Shown one piece after another: positions 56,905 to 64,000 of a stretch of 64,000 bases of DNA. The notes below the pieces were generated by a model. It ran no database searches and had not been told where the DNA came from. It worked only from the letters and a program-made list of their open reading frames with translations. A program made the translations under genes and the position numbers. Origin of the DNA: Alistipes sp. (GTDB taxonomy: Bacteria > Bacteroidota > Bacteroidia > Bacteroidales > Rikenellaceae); the NCBI GenBank assembly GCA_045648965.1, contig JAZRPA010000026.1, positions 9,451-73,450 of the forward strand, given 5' to 3'. Position 1 is the stretch's first letter. Each line of letters begins with the position of its first letter.

Positions 56905-56969
56905 AAATAGACGACTCGAAAGTCGTCTATTTTCGTTTTGGGCTACCAGGATTCGTTCAGTCGGTGGCG
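56905..56969 (+). repeat. Hairpin plus perfect antisense copy of the tRNA-Gln 3' end and shared motif
   Basis: AAATAGACGAC/GTCGTCTATTT; TTGGGCTACCAGGATTCG (56938-56955) is the exact reverse complement of 56681-56698. Confidence 0.85.
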
Positions 56970-56997
56970 TCTCGGGTGTTATGGATAGAAATCACTA

Positions 56998-57030
56998 AAA
57001 AAAGACCGCCTTATGAGCGGTCTTTTATAT
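56998..57030 (-). terminator. Terminator after GH97
   Basis: AAAAGACCGC / GCGGTCTTTT. Confidence 0.75.
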
Positions 57031-57046
57031 AATAGGTATCTCTCCC

Positions 57047-59038
57047 CTACTTCTTGGTAATCTTCACGACGTAGCCACCCGCAGGAGCCATATCGGCAAC
57101 GACCTTGCGCGATGCAGGCAAAACTACAACCTCGCGGATATAATCCTCGCCAAGCTTGTCGGCATTCAAACCATCGCGGAACACCTCAGCCACATAGTCG
57201 CCCTCGCCGAGAATCTTCGACAAATCGAGCTCTACCTTGCGAGCCGTCCAATCGTTCACAACGCCCACATACCAGGTATTGCCATTGCGACGAGCCATAG
57301 CCACGTAGTCGCCAAACACGCCGTCGAGCGCAACTGTTTCGTCCCATACGGTTGGGAACTCGGCGATAAACTTGGTGCATTCAGCCTCGCGCTCATACAA
57401 CGATGGCGAGTCGCACAACATCGCAAACGGAGCAAAGTAGATTGCGTACATTGCCAACTGACGGCAACGAGTACCCTGGCTCATAGGGGCGCGGCTACAA
57501 GGGCGGTAGTTCCTCTTATTCGCATTACGCATTGCACCCTGTGTGTAGTCCATCGGACCTGTCACCATACGGAGGTATGGAATCTGCAAGTCGTATTCGA
57601 CCTGGTTATAGCGCTTGTCATCGCTCCATTTTGCATTCTCCAAGCCCATCACAGCCTCGAAGTTTACCACGTTTGGATAGGTGCGATTCATACCCGAAGG
57701 CTTCTGGCAGCCGTGGAAGTCGAGCATAAGTTTGTACTTTGCAGCAATCTCTGCAAGATTATATTGGAAATCGGTCATCTCCACGTCGTCGCGGTCGAGG
57801 AAGTCAACCTTGAAGCCCTTTACACCCATCTCGGCAAAGTGGCGGCAAACCTCCTCCTCTTTGCCTACAACAGCGTTGTAACCTGCCCAGAGGATAATGC
57901 CTACGCCCTGCTTGTTGGCATTGTCGATGATAGCCTTCAAATCAATCTCAGGGATAACCTTTGTCAAATCGTTGGCATACTTTACAGCCCAGCCCTCGTC
58001 GAGAATTACATACTCAATACCATATTTAGCCGCAAAATCGACGTAGTAGTTGTAGGTCTCGGTATTGATACCCGCCTTGAAAGGCACGCCCATCAAACCC
58101 CAATGGTTCCACCACTCCCAAGCAACCTTACCAGGCTTAACCCACGAGGTATCCTCCACGCGCGAAGGCGATGCGAGGCGATAGACCATATCGTTATCCA
58201 AAAGAGTATTCGCATCATCAGTTACGAGCACGATACGCCAAGGAGTATTGGTTGCAGCCTTACACTCGGCGATATATGGTTTGCGGCTCTCGACGACGCC
58301 CTGCAACTTGTTATGTCCGCCCTCAACCACCTTATCGGGCATTGGTGCAAACTCGCCATAGAGAGCCGTTGCGCCCTTGTTGTTCGACACGAACATTCCC
58401 GGATAGTGCTCGACGTCAGCCTCCAAGATGCAAACCTTGTATTTGTCGGCCTCAATCATTACGGGTACGAAAGCCACCTTTCCCACCTCGAACTTCGAGA
58501 GCTCGGTATGGCGATACCACGACTCGAACGAAGTAAAATATTTATCCGTTTTAGAACCAGTCCAATTCGTATATGGAAAGTAGCCCTTATAGTCCTTCGC
58601 AAAGGCAAACTCCACAATCTCGTTTTCGAGTTTGAAATCCTGCTTGAAGTTTGTTGCAAAGCGATAAGCCACACCCTCGTCGTAGGCACGGAACTCCACA
58701 GCATAACGCGCCGAGAATTCAATGCGCATGGCGTTGTAGTTATCCTTGATTGTGTTGCGGAAATAGAACTGCGCAGGAATCTCGGTATTTACGTTTGTGC
58801 GCTTAACCTTCTTTACAGTTATCTTCTCGCCCAGATCAACACCCTCGTAAATCTTCAAGCCAATCTGCGACGGAGCCAAAATCTGCTCACCGTTGCACTT
58901 TACGCTATATGAGAGTTGCGGTTCGGCAGTTACAGTCACCTCCAACTTGCCATTTGGCGAAAGAAGCTTATACTCCTTTGCAGCAAAAGCCTCCACGCAC
59001 AAGAGAAGTGCACAGAGTACAAAAATAATACGTTTCAT
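57047..59038 (-). CDS. GH97 glycoside hydrolase (SusB-like alpha-glucosidase/galactosidase)
   Basis: Signal peptide; LLSPNGKL; WVKPGKVAWEWW; ILDEGW; GVKGFKVDF; RTYPN; GPMDYTQG. Confidence 0.93.
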   Translation of the reverse strand: MKRIIFVLCALLLCVEAFAAKEYKLLSPNGKLEVTVTAEPQLSYSVKCNGEQILAPSQIGLKIYEGVDLGEKITVKKVKRTNVNTEIPAQFYFRNTIKDNYNAMRIEFSARYAVEFRAYDEGVAYRFATNFKQDFKLENEIVEFAFAKDYKGYFPYTNWTGSKTDKYFTSFESWYRHTELSKFEVGKVAFVPVMIEADKYKVCILEADVEHYPGMFVSNNKGATALYGEFAPMPDKVVEGGHNKLQGVVESRKPYIAECKAATNTPWRIVLVTDDANTLLDNDMVYRLASPSRVEDTSWVKPGKVAWEWWNHWGLMGVPFKAGINTETYNYYVDFAAKYGIEYVILDEGWAVKYANDLTKVIPEIDLKAIIDNANKQGVGIILWAGYNAVVGKEEEVCRHFAEMGVKGFKVDFLDRDDVEMTDFQYNLAEIAAKYKLMLDFHGCQKPSGMNRTYPNVVNFEAVMGLENAKWSDDKRYNQVEYDLQIPYLRMVTGPMDYTQGAMRNANKRNYRPCSRAPMSQGTRCRQLAMYAIYFAPFAMLCDSPSLYEREAECTKFIAEFPTVWDETVALDGVFGDYVAMARRNGNTWYVGVVNDWTARKVELDLSKILGEGDYVAEVFRDGLNADKLGEDYIREVVVLPASRKVVADMAPAGGYVVKITKK

Positions 59039-59053
59039 ATTGTTCGGTTTAAG

Positions 59054-60091
59054 TTATTGTTTCGGTGTAAATCCCTGCGCCTTCAACGCTACGTTGCTAC
59101 CGTCAGGTGTTACGAGATAAGCACCCGTCTCCTCCTTCGTGATATGGCCGATGATGTCGATACAACCGAGGTTTACAATCTTCTCGCGGAGCTCGAGAGG
59201 TACGGTAAAGAGCAACTCGTAGTCCTCGCCACCATTCAACGCAGCAACCACTGGGTCCATATTCATTTCCTCGGCCAAAGCGGTAGTCTGCTTTGCCAAA
59301 GGCATACGCTCGAGGTAGATGCGTGCGCCACACTTCGACGCCTTGCAAATCTGCAACACCTCCGAAGCGAGGCCGTCGGTAATATCAATCATCGAGGTTG
59401 GCACGATACCCTCCTTGCGCAACGAAGCGACCATGTCGTAGCGTGCGCGTGGCTTCAAGTAGCGTTCCAAGAGATACTCATAGCCCTCGAACTGCGGCTG
59501 AACTGCGTCGCCCAAGCCCTGCAATACTCTACGTTCACGCTCCAAGAGGCGCAAACCCATATATGGCGCACCGAGGTTGCCCGTAAGGCAGATTAAATCG
59601 TGCTCCTTTGCACCGCTACGATAGGTGATCTCGCTCTTCTTGGCGCGACCTACGGCTGTGATATTTACGACAAAGCCGGTAAGAGAAGCCGAAGTGTCGC
59701 CACCCACCAAGTCAACGCCCGCCTCTTTGCAGGCGAACTCTACGCCCTCGTAGAAGTGGTCGAGGAACTCAACCGAAATCTTCGACGAGATACCGAGCGA
59801 GAGTGTTATCTGCTCAGGCACGGCATTCATCGCGACAACGTCGCTGATACCCTTGGTTACAGCCTTGTAGCCGAGGTGCTTTGGCGGGAAGTAGGTCAAG
59901 TCGAAATCTACACCCTCCAACATTGAGTCGGTCGAAACCACAATCGCCTTATCCTTCGACGCCTCGATTACCGCAGCATCGTCACCAACGCCGCAGATTG
60001 TCGATTTGTTCTTATTCTGAAACTTTGAGGTCAAGCGGTCAATCAAACCGAACTCGCCCAACTCAGCTATCTCTGTTCTGCCCTTTGCCAT
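59054..60091 (-). CDS. thiL: Thiamine-monophosphate kinase
   Basis: GEFGLI, GVGDDAAV, STDSMLEGVDF, VGGDT, IDITDGL, GGEDYELLFT. Start moved to MAKGRTE. Confidence 0.95.
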   Translation of the reverse strand: MAKGRTEIAELGEFGLIDRLTSKFQNKNKSTICGVGDDAAVIEASKDKAIVVSTDSMLEGVDFDLTYFPPKHLGYKAVTKGISDVVAMNAVPEQITLSLGISSKISVEFLDHFYEGVEFACKEAGVDLVGGDTSASLTGFVVNITAVGRAKKSEITYRSGAKEHDLICLTGNLGAPYMGLRLLERERRVLQGLGDAVQPQFEGYEYLLERYLKPRARYDMVASLRKEGIVPTSMIDITDGLASEVLQICKASKCGARIYLERMPLAKQTTALAEEMNMDPVVAALNGGEDYELLFTVPLELREKIVNLGCIDIIGHITKEETGAYLVTPDGSNVALKAQGFTPKQ

Positions 60092-60176
60092 TATTTGCAA
60101 TTATAAATATTTCTAAACCTATGTGAGCATTTCGAAGTCCGACGCTCTCGTGCAAAAAGAGCTCATCAGAACGATT

Positions 60177-60752
60177 TTAAAGATATTTTTCAACTACTGC
60201 ACCGATGCGCTCGGCAACCTCCTCGATAGTACCCAACGAAGGTACGCTCTCGAACTTGCCCTGTGCGCGATAGAAGTCTGCTACGATAGCAGTCTGCGCG
60301 TTATAGATGTCGATGCGGTTGCGGATAATCTCCTCCGACTGATCATCAGCACGACCCGAATCCTTACCACGCAACAAAATACGCTTTACGAGCTCCTCCT
60401 CAGGAACCTCCATGTTGATCATAACAGCCACCTTCTGTCCGTGCTTTGCGAGAATCTCGTCGAAAGCCTCAGCCTGAGCGGTAGTGCGAGGAAAACCGTC
60501 AAAAATTACGCCCTTACCCTCGTTATGAGTTGCCACATAGTCGGCAATCATATCGATAACGAGTTGGTCGGGAGCCAACTCTCCACGCTCGATGCAAGCC
60601 TGCATCTGCTTACCAAGCTCGGTCTCGGCAGCAATCTGCTCGCGAATAACATTTCCTGTTGAGATGTGGCGAAGCGAGAATCGTTTCTCCAAAAGTTCCG
60701 ACTGTGTACCCTTTCCACAGCCAGGAGCACCAAAAAGTACGATATTTAGCAT
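60177..60752 (-). CDS. adk: Adenylate kinase (short LID)
   Basis: FGAPGCGKGTQ, HISTG, FDGFPRT, GRADD. Confidence 0.96.
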   Translation of the reverse strand: MLNIVLFGAPGCGKGTQSELLEKRFSLRHISTGNVIREQIAAETELGKQMQACIERGELAPDQLVIDMIADYVATHNEGKGVIFDGFPRTTAQAEAFDEILAKHGQKVAVMINMEVPEEELVKRILLRGKDSGRADDQSEEIIRNRIDIYNAQTAIVADFYRAQGKFESVPSLGTIEEVAERIGAVVEKYL

Positions 60753-60778
60753 TCTTTATGCAATTTTGTTTACGTCGG

Positions 60779-60827
60779 CAAAGATAGCGAATTTTGAATA
60801 AAAAACTACGTTTTTTTACTATCTTTG
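60779..60827. promoter_or_regulatory. Divergent promoters for adk and the GNAT gene
   Basis: TATCTTTG on - (60779-60786) and on + (60820-60827). Confidence 0.65.
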
Positions 60828-60857
60828 TGGCAACAATAAAACATTTTGTGAAAAAAG

Positions 60858-61292
60858 ATGAAAATCGATAGAATTACGAGCACCTCGACCGCACTTTTCG
60901 AGGCCCTCGAAAAGCTTCTTCCTCAACTCTCTACCTCGGCCACTACCCCATCGACCGAACACATCAAGGAGTTGCTCCATAACGACAACACACACCTCTT
61001 CGTAGCCAAAATAGAGGGCAAAATCGTCGGTATGCTTACACTTGTCGTGGTCGATATTCCGACAGGACGTAAGGCGTGGATTGAGGACGTGGTGGTTGAT
61101 GAAGCGGCGCGAGGCCTCCACATCGGAGCTGCCCTTGTCGAGCATGCAAAAGAGGAGGCACAAAGGCTCGGAGCCAAGAAAATTTATCTCACCTCGAACC
61201 CGTCGCGCAAAGCGGCACACGCCTTGTACAGCAAATGCGGATTTAAGGAGTACGACACTGCGGTATTCAGATTAAATCTTGCAACAAAATAG
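60858..61292 (+). CDS. GNAT-family N-acetyltransferase
   Basis: WIEDVVVDEAARGLHIG, LTSNPSRKAAHALYSKCGF. Confidence 0.9.
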   Translation: MKIDRITSTSTALFEALEKLLPQLSTSATTPSTEHIKELLHNDNTHLFVAKIEGKIVGMLTLVVVDIPTGRKAWIEDVVVDEAARGLHIGAALVEHAKEEAQRLGAKKIYLTSNPSRKAAHALYSKCGFKEYDTAVFRLNLATK

Positions 61293-61366
61293 TTAAAAAT
61301 TAGCTTGTCTAATATACAGCGATACCATTTTTTTTATAAATTTGCGCCCTGATTATTCAAGTTACT

Positions 61367-62371
61367 ATGGGAATAACATTAAAAAACAAACCTAGCATCT
61401 TCACCATCTTCAAGGAGTACTCGTTGATGGCGTTTGGTATGTTCCTCTACTCGTTTGGTTGGTTGTGCTGTATCTTGCCGGCCGACGCTGCGGGTGGTGG
61501 TGCTACCGGACTCTCGCTCTTGATTTATCACCTCACCGGCGAAGCCATTTCAATTGGTACAATGGTGCTCATTATCAACGCCATACTCCTCATAATAGCA
61601 GGATTTGTGGTCGGTTGGAACTTCGGCATCAAGACCATCTACTGCGTCGTTGTGATGTCCGTCATCATGCACTTCCTGCAGATGTGGTGCACCGTTGGCG
61701 AGACTGGAAGCTGGATTGCCGAGCTCGTCGCACCGGGAGGTATGATTTCGCGCATAAACCCGGAGGGCATAGAGGAGATTATCAAGCTCAAAGATGGAAC
61801 TATTGTCGATATTTTCAACCTCAACAACCGATTTCTCTCGGCTATCTTGGGTGGTATCTGCTCGGGTATCGGTGTTGCCGTATGTTTCCAGCAGGGCGGT
61901 TCTACCGGAGGTACAGATATTGTCGTAATGATTGTAAATAAGTTCTACACAATCTCTTACGGTAAGTTTGTTCGTTACACCGACGGTGTAATCATCACCT
62001 CAGCACTCTTCTTGCCTGAGATTGGTATCGATGGTGTCATCTACGGTTTCGTTATGGTGGCAGTATTCAGCTACACGGTCGACATGATACTCTCGGGTAA
62101 CCAGCAGTCATCGCAAATTTTCATTGTCAGCAAGGACTACAAGGCTGTTGCCAATGCCATAAACGAAGAGGCAAAACGTGGCGCAACGGTAATCGACGCT
62201 ATGGGTTGGTACTCGAAAGAGAATACTAAGGTTGTGATGTGCGTATGCCGCAAGCGCGACCTCGCAATGGTATTGAAGGTTGTTCGCGGCGTAGATCCCG
62301 ATGCATTTATCACTATTGGCTCAGTAATGGGTGTGTATGGCAAGGGCTTCGATGCGCTTAACAAAATCTAA
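61367..62371 (+). CDS. YitT-family membrane protein
   Basis: GGGATGL, GGSTGGTDI, GATVIDAMGWYS, DPDAFITI. Confidence 0.9.
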   Translation: MGITLKNKPSIFTIFKEYSLMAFGMFLYSFGWLCCILPADAAGGGATGLSLLIYHLTGEAISIGTMVLIINAILLIIAGFVVGWNFGIKTIYCVVVMSVIMHFLQMWCTVGETGSWIAELVAPGGMISRINPEGIEEIIKLKDGTIVDIFNLNNRFLSAILGGICSGIGVAVCFQQGGSTGGTDIVVMIVNKFYTISYGKFVRYTDGVIITSALFLPEIGIDGVIYGFVMVAVFSYTVDMILSGNQQSSQIFIVSKDYKAVANAINEEAKRGATVIDAMGWYSKENTKVVMCVCRKRDLAMVLKVVRGVDPDAFITIGSVMGVYGKGFDALNKI

Positions 62372-62409
62372 TTCACGATAAAAAATTAACCATTAAATAC
62401 TAACTAAAC

Positions 62410-62823
62410 ATGAAAAAGCTTTTAACAGCTATCGTGGCAGTGTTTGCAATCACTTTGCTCAGCACTCCACAGCAGGCAATGGCTAGCGAACCGACAAACA
62501 CCGAGAGCTCAACCGTATTGTTCAGCTCGTACTATTCAGGTGTTATTGGCAGCAACTTATACATCACTGCCTACATCCAGGTACACTCTAACGGCTCATA
62601 CTCAGGCTGGTACTACTACAACAAGAATGGAGCTAAGAACAAGCTCTATCTTACAGGCTATAAGGATAGAAACGGTGTCGTAAGACTCCAAGAGCACGAC
62701 GCATATAACAATGTTACTGGCGGCTTCGAAGGCACTTTCAACAGCTACGACGAATTCAATGGCGTTATGCACGTTGTACATAGCGGCAAGCGCTACTCGT
62801 GCCGATGGACACCAATGCGATAA
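62410..62823 (+). CDS. Hypothetical secreted protein (137 aa, beta-strand-rich)
   Basis: Signal peptide ending QQAMA; alternating aromatic/Gly pattern; A-rich initiation region. Confidence 0.75.
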   Translation: MKKLLTAIVAVFAITLLSTPQQAMASEPTNTESSTVLFSSYYSGVIGSNLYITAYIQVHSNGSYSGWYYYNKNGAKNKLYLTGYKDRNGVVRLQEHDAYNNVTGGFEGTFNSYDEFNGVMHVVHSGKRYSCRWTPMR

Positions 62824-62842
62824 GGCTACTCTTCATAAAACA

Positions 62843-62876
62843 ATAAATGCCGAGCAATGTGCTCGGCATTTATTGT
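62843..62876. terminator. Bidirectional terminator
   Basis: AATAAATGCCGAGCA / TGCTCGGCATTTATT. Confidence 0.8.
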
Positions 62877-64000
62877 TAGAAGCGGAAGGCAAATGTAACC
62901 GCTAGATTGTGTTTCACAATATCCAATCCGTAGAGTGGACTCGCATTTGGCGTATCGCCCAGCAGTGTGTAGAATGAGTAGTAGTCTGTATAGCGAGTAT
63001 TACGATATTGGTATGCCAAATCAATCGATGTAACCTCGCTCAAACGGAAGCCCAAACCAGCCGAAGCATACCACATCTTATCAGCTACAGGCTCCGAGAA
63101 TGCGACAAAGTCGAAACTATTCACAAGTTGCTTGCTGCTAAAGCCACCACCCACGCGCAAGGCGAGCCATGGTGCAGGCTTAGCCTCGATACCGGCACGT
63201 ACGGTATGAGTATTTTGCAAGTTGTTGCGGAAAGTATCGTTCGTATAGCCCGTATCAGCAGGGGTATAGTTCCACTTCAAGCCGCGATAAGCGCTATACT
63301 CGTAGTCGGCCGATAGAATTGCATATTGACCTATTGCACACGAAATACCAGCAAGCAAGCGCGTAGGCGTTGTGAAGCACCAGCGATTATCGCCGCCATC
63401 TTTGAGCAGCGGAGTCGCCTCATTAGCGTAAACGTATCCATTGTCAACCTCCCAGCCATAAGGGTTATTACCTGCACTTATAGCCGACGAGGCGAGCGAT
63501 GCCGAATAACGATAAGAGAGCGAATAGTAGGTTGGTGTATGCACCGCGAAGCCGATACGCAACGCCTCGACAGGGCGCACTACGATACCGAACTTAGCCC
63601 CTACGCCTGCACCCTCCAGCTCCATCTGCTGCGAGAACTTAAAGTCGCGCAACTGATACGGATAGTCCGAAGCATTAGGCTGCGAATCGTAGCTGATATA
63701 CTCGTCGTAGTAGAGGTTCTGCTTGCGCGAAATGCTCTGAATATCGAGCGAAGCACCGAGATAGACAACATTGTCGAAGTTGAATCCGAAAGCGAACGAG
63801 AACTCACCCGCCGAACCGCGGCTCTTGAGCGAGGTGTACTGCGACACCATCGCGCCATTAGCAATTTCGTCTGGATACCAGCCATTCGCACCCTTATTGA
63901 TCAAGCCCGCCTTGTAAGCCATAGCCGTGCCCCAGAAATATGGGTTCATCTCATAGTCGGCATATCCCCTACCGTCGGTAATTTTGTTGTTCGAGTTTAT
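62876..64000 (-). CDS. FadL/OmpP1-like outer-membrane beta-barrel (5' end outside window)
   Basis: Frame open to the window edge; amphipathic beta-strands (FSFAFGFNF, LRIGFAVHTPT, IDLAYQY); C-terminal aromatic TFAFRF. Confidence 0.75.
   Translation of the reverse strand: MNSNNKITDGRGYADYEMNPYFWGTAMAYKAGLINKGANGWYPDEIANGAMVSQYTSLKSRGSAGEFSFAFGFNFDNVVYLGASLDIQSISRKQNLYYDEYISYDSQPNASDYPYQLRDFKFSQQMELEGAGVGAKFGIVVRPVEALRIGFAVHTPTYYSLSYRYSASLASSAISAGNNPYGWEVDNGYVYANEATPLLKDGGDNRWCFTTPTRLLAGISCAIGQYAILSADYEYSAYRGLKWNYTPADTGYTNDTFRNNLQNTHTVRAGIEAKPAPWLALRVGGGFSSKQLVNSFDFVAFSEPVADKMWYASAGLGFRLSEVTSIDLAYQYRNTRYTDYYSFYTLLGDTPNASPLYGLDIVKHNLAVTFAFRF

Noticed and set aside
60092-60176. TPP riboswitch upstream of thiL
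   Set aside because: The conserved CTGAGA core and stems are absent; the spacer is short and thiL appears to follow adk in one unit.
1-64000. Autonomous mobile element, prophage, retron/DGR or known defence system
   Set aside because: No ORF with integrase, transposase, reverse transcriptase, restriction-modification, phage structural or Cas motifs was recognised. Any enzyme acting on the repeat families must be encoded elsewhere or be unrecognised.

Overview
A gene-dense chromosomal segment from a Bacteroidota (Bacteroidales) bacterium. The phylum is inferred from many TAnnTTTG -7 promoter boxes, a fused LpxC-FabZ, a UpxY antiterminator and a six-gene NQR operon. A Rikenellaceae/Alistipes-like gut lineage is plausible but unproven. 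Coding content is mostly housekeeping: nusA (5' end outside the window)-infB-CoA transferase, a galacturonate operon (uxaC-kdgK-eda-MFS-uxaB-uxaA), an S1/P1 nuclease, upxY-rfbC-rfbD, a K+/H+ antiporter, pldA, lpxC/fabZ-lpxA, two secreted metallophosphoesterases, nqrABCDEF, two tandem GH20 genes, alaS-gpmI-lysA, an MBOAT/SGNH pair, sdaA, three tRNAs, GH97, thiL, adk and a partial FadL-like porin. I found no integrase, transposase, reverse transcriptase, Cas gene or CRISPR array. The unusual signal is almost all intergenic. (1) All three tRNA genes are followed by a hairpin and an inverted copy of their own 3' end, and two of these copies continue into an identical motif. (2) Two composite palindromes share one scaffold, but their 10-bp-period repeat core differs in both arms together (AATGGCA vs AATAGGA). 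(3) A roughly 1 kb AT-rich island has a highly structured ~270-nt leader and two orphan ORFs, and its promoter is 31/35 identical to the promoter of the S1/P1 nuclease gene. (4) There are ERIC-like and REP-like repeats and heptamer arrays. (5) upxY appears to be leaderless. All functional interpretations are hypotheses; no searches or folding programs were run.
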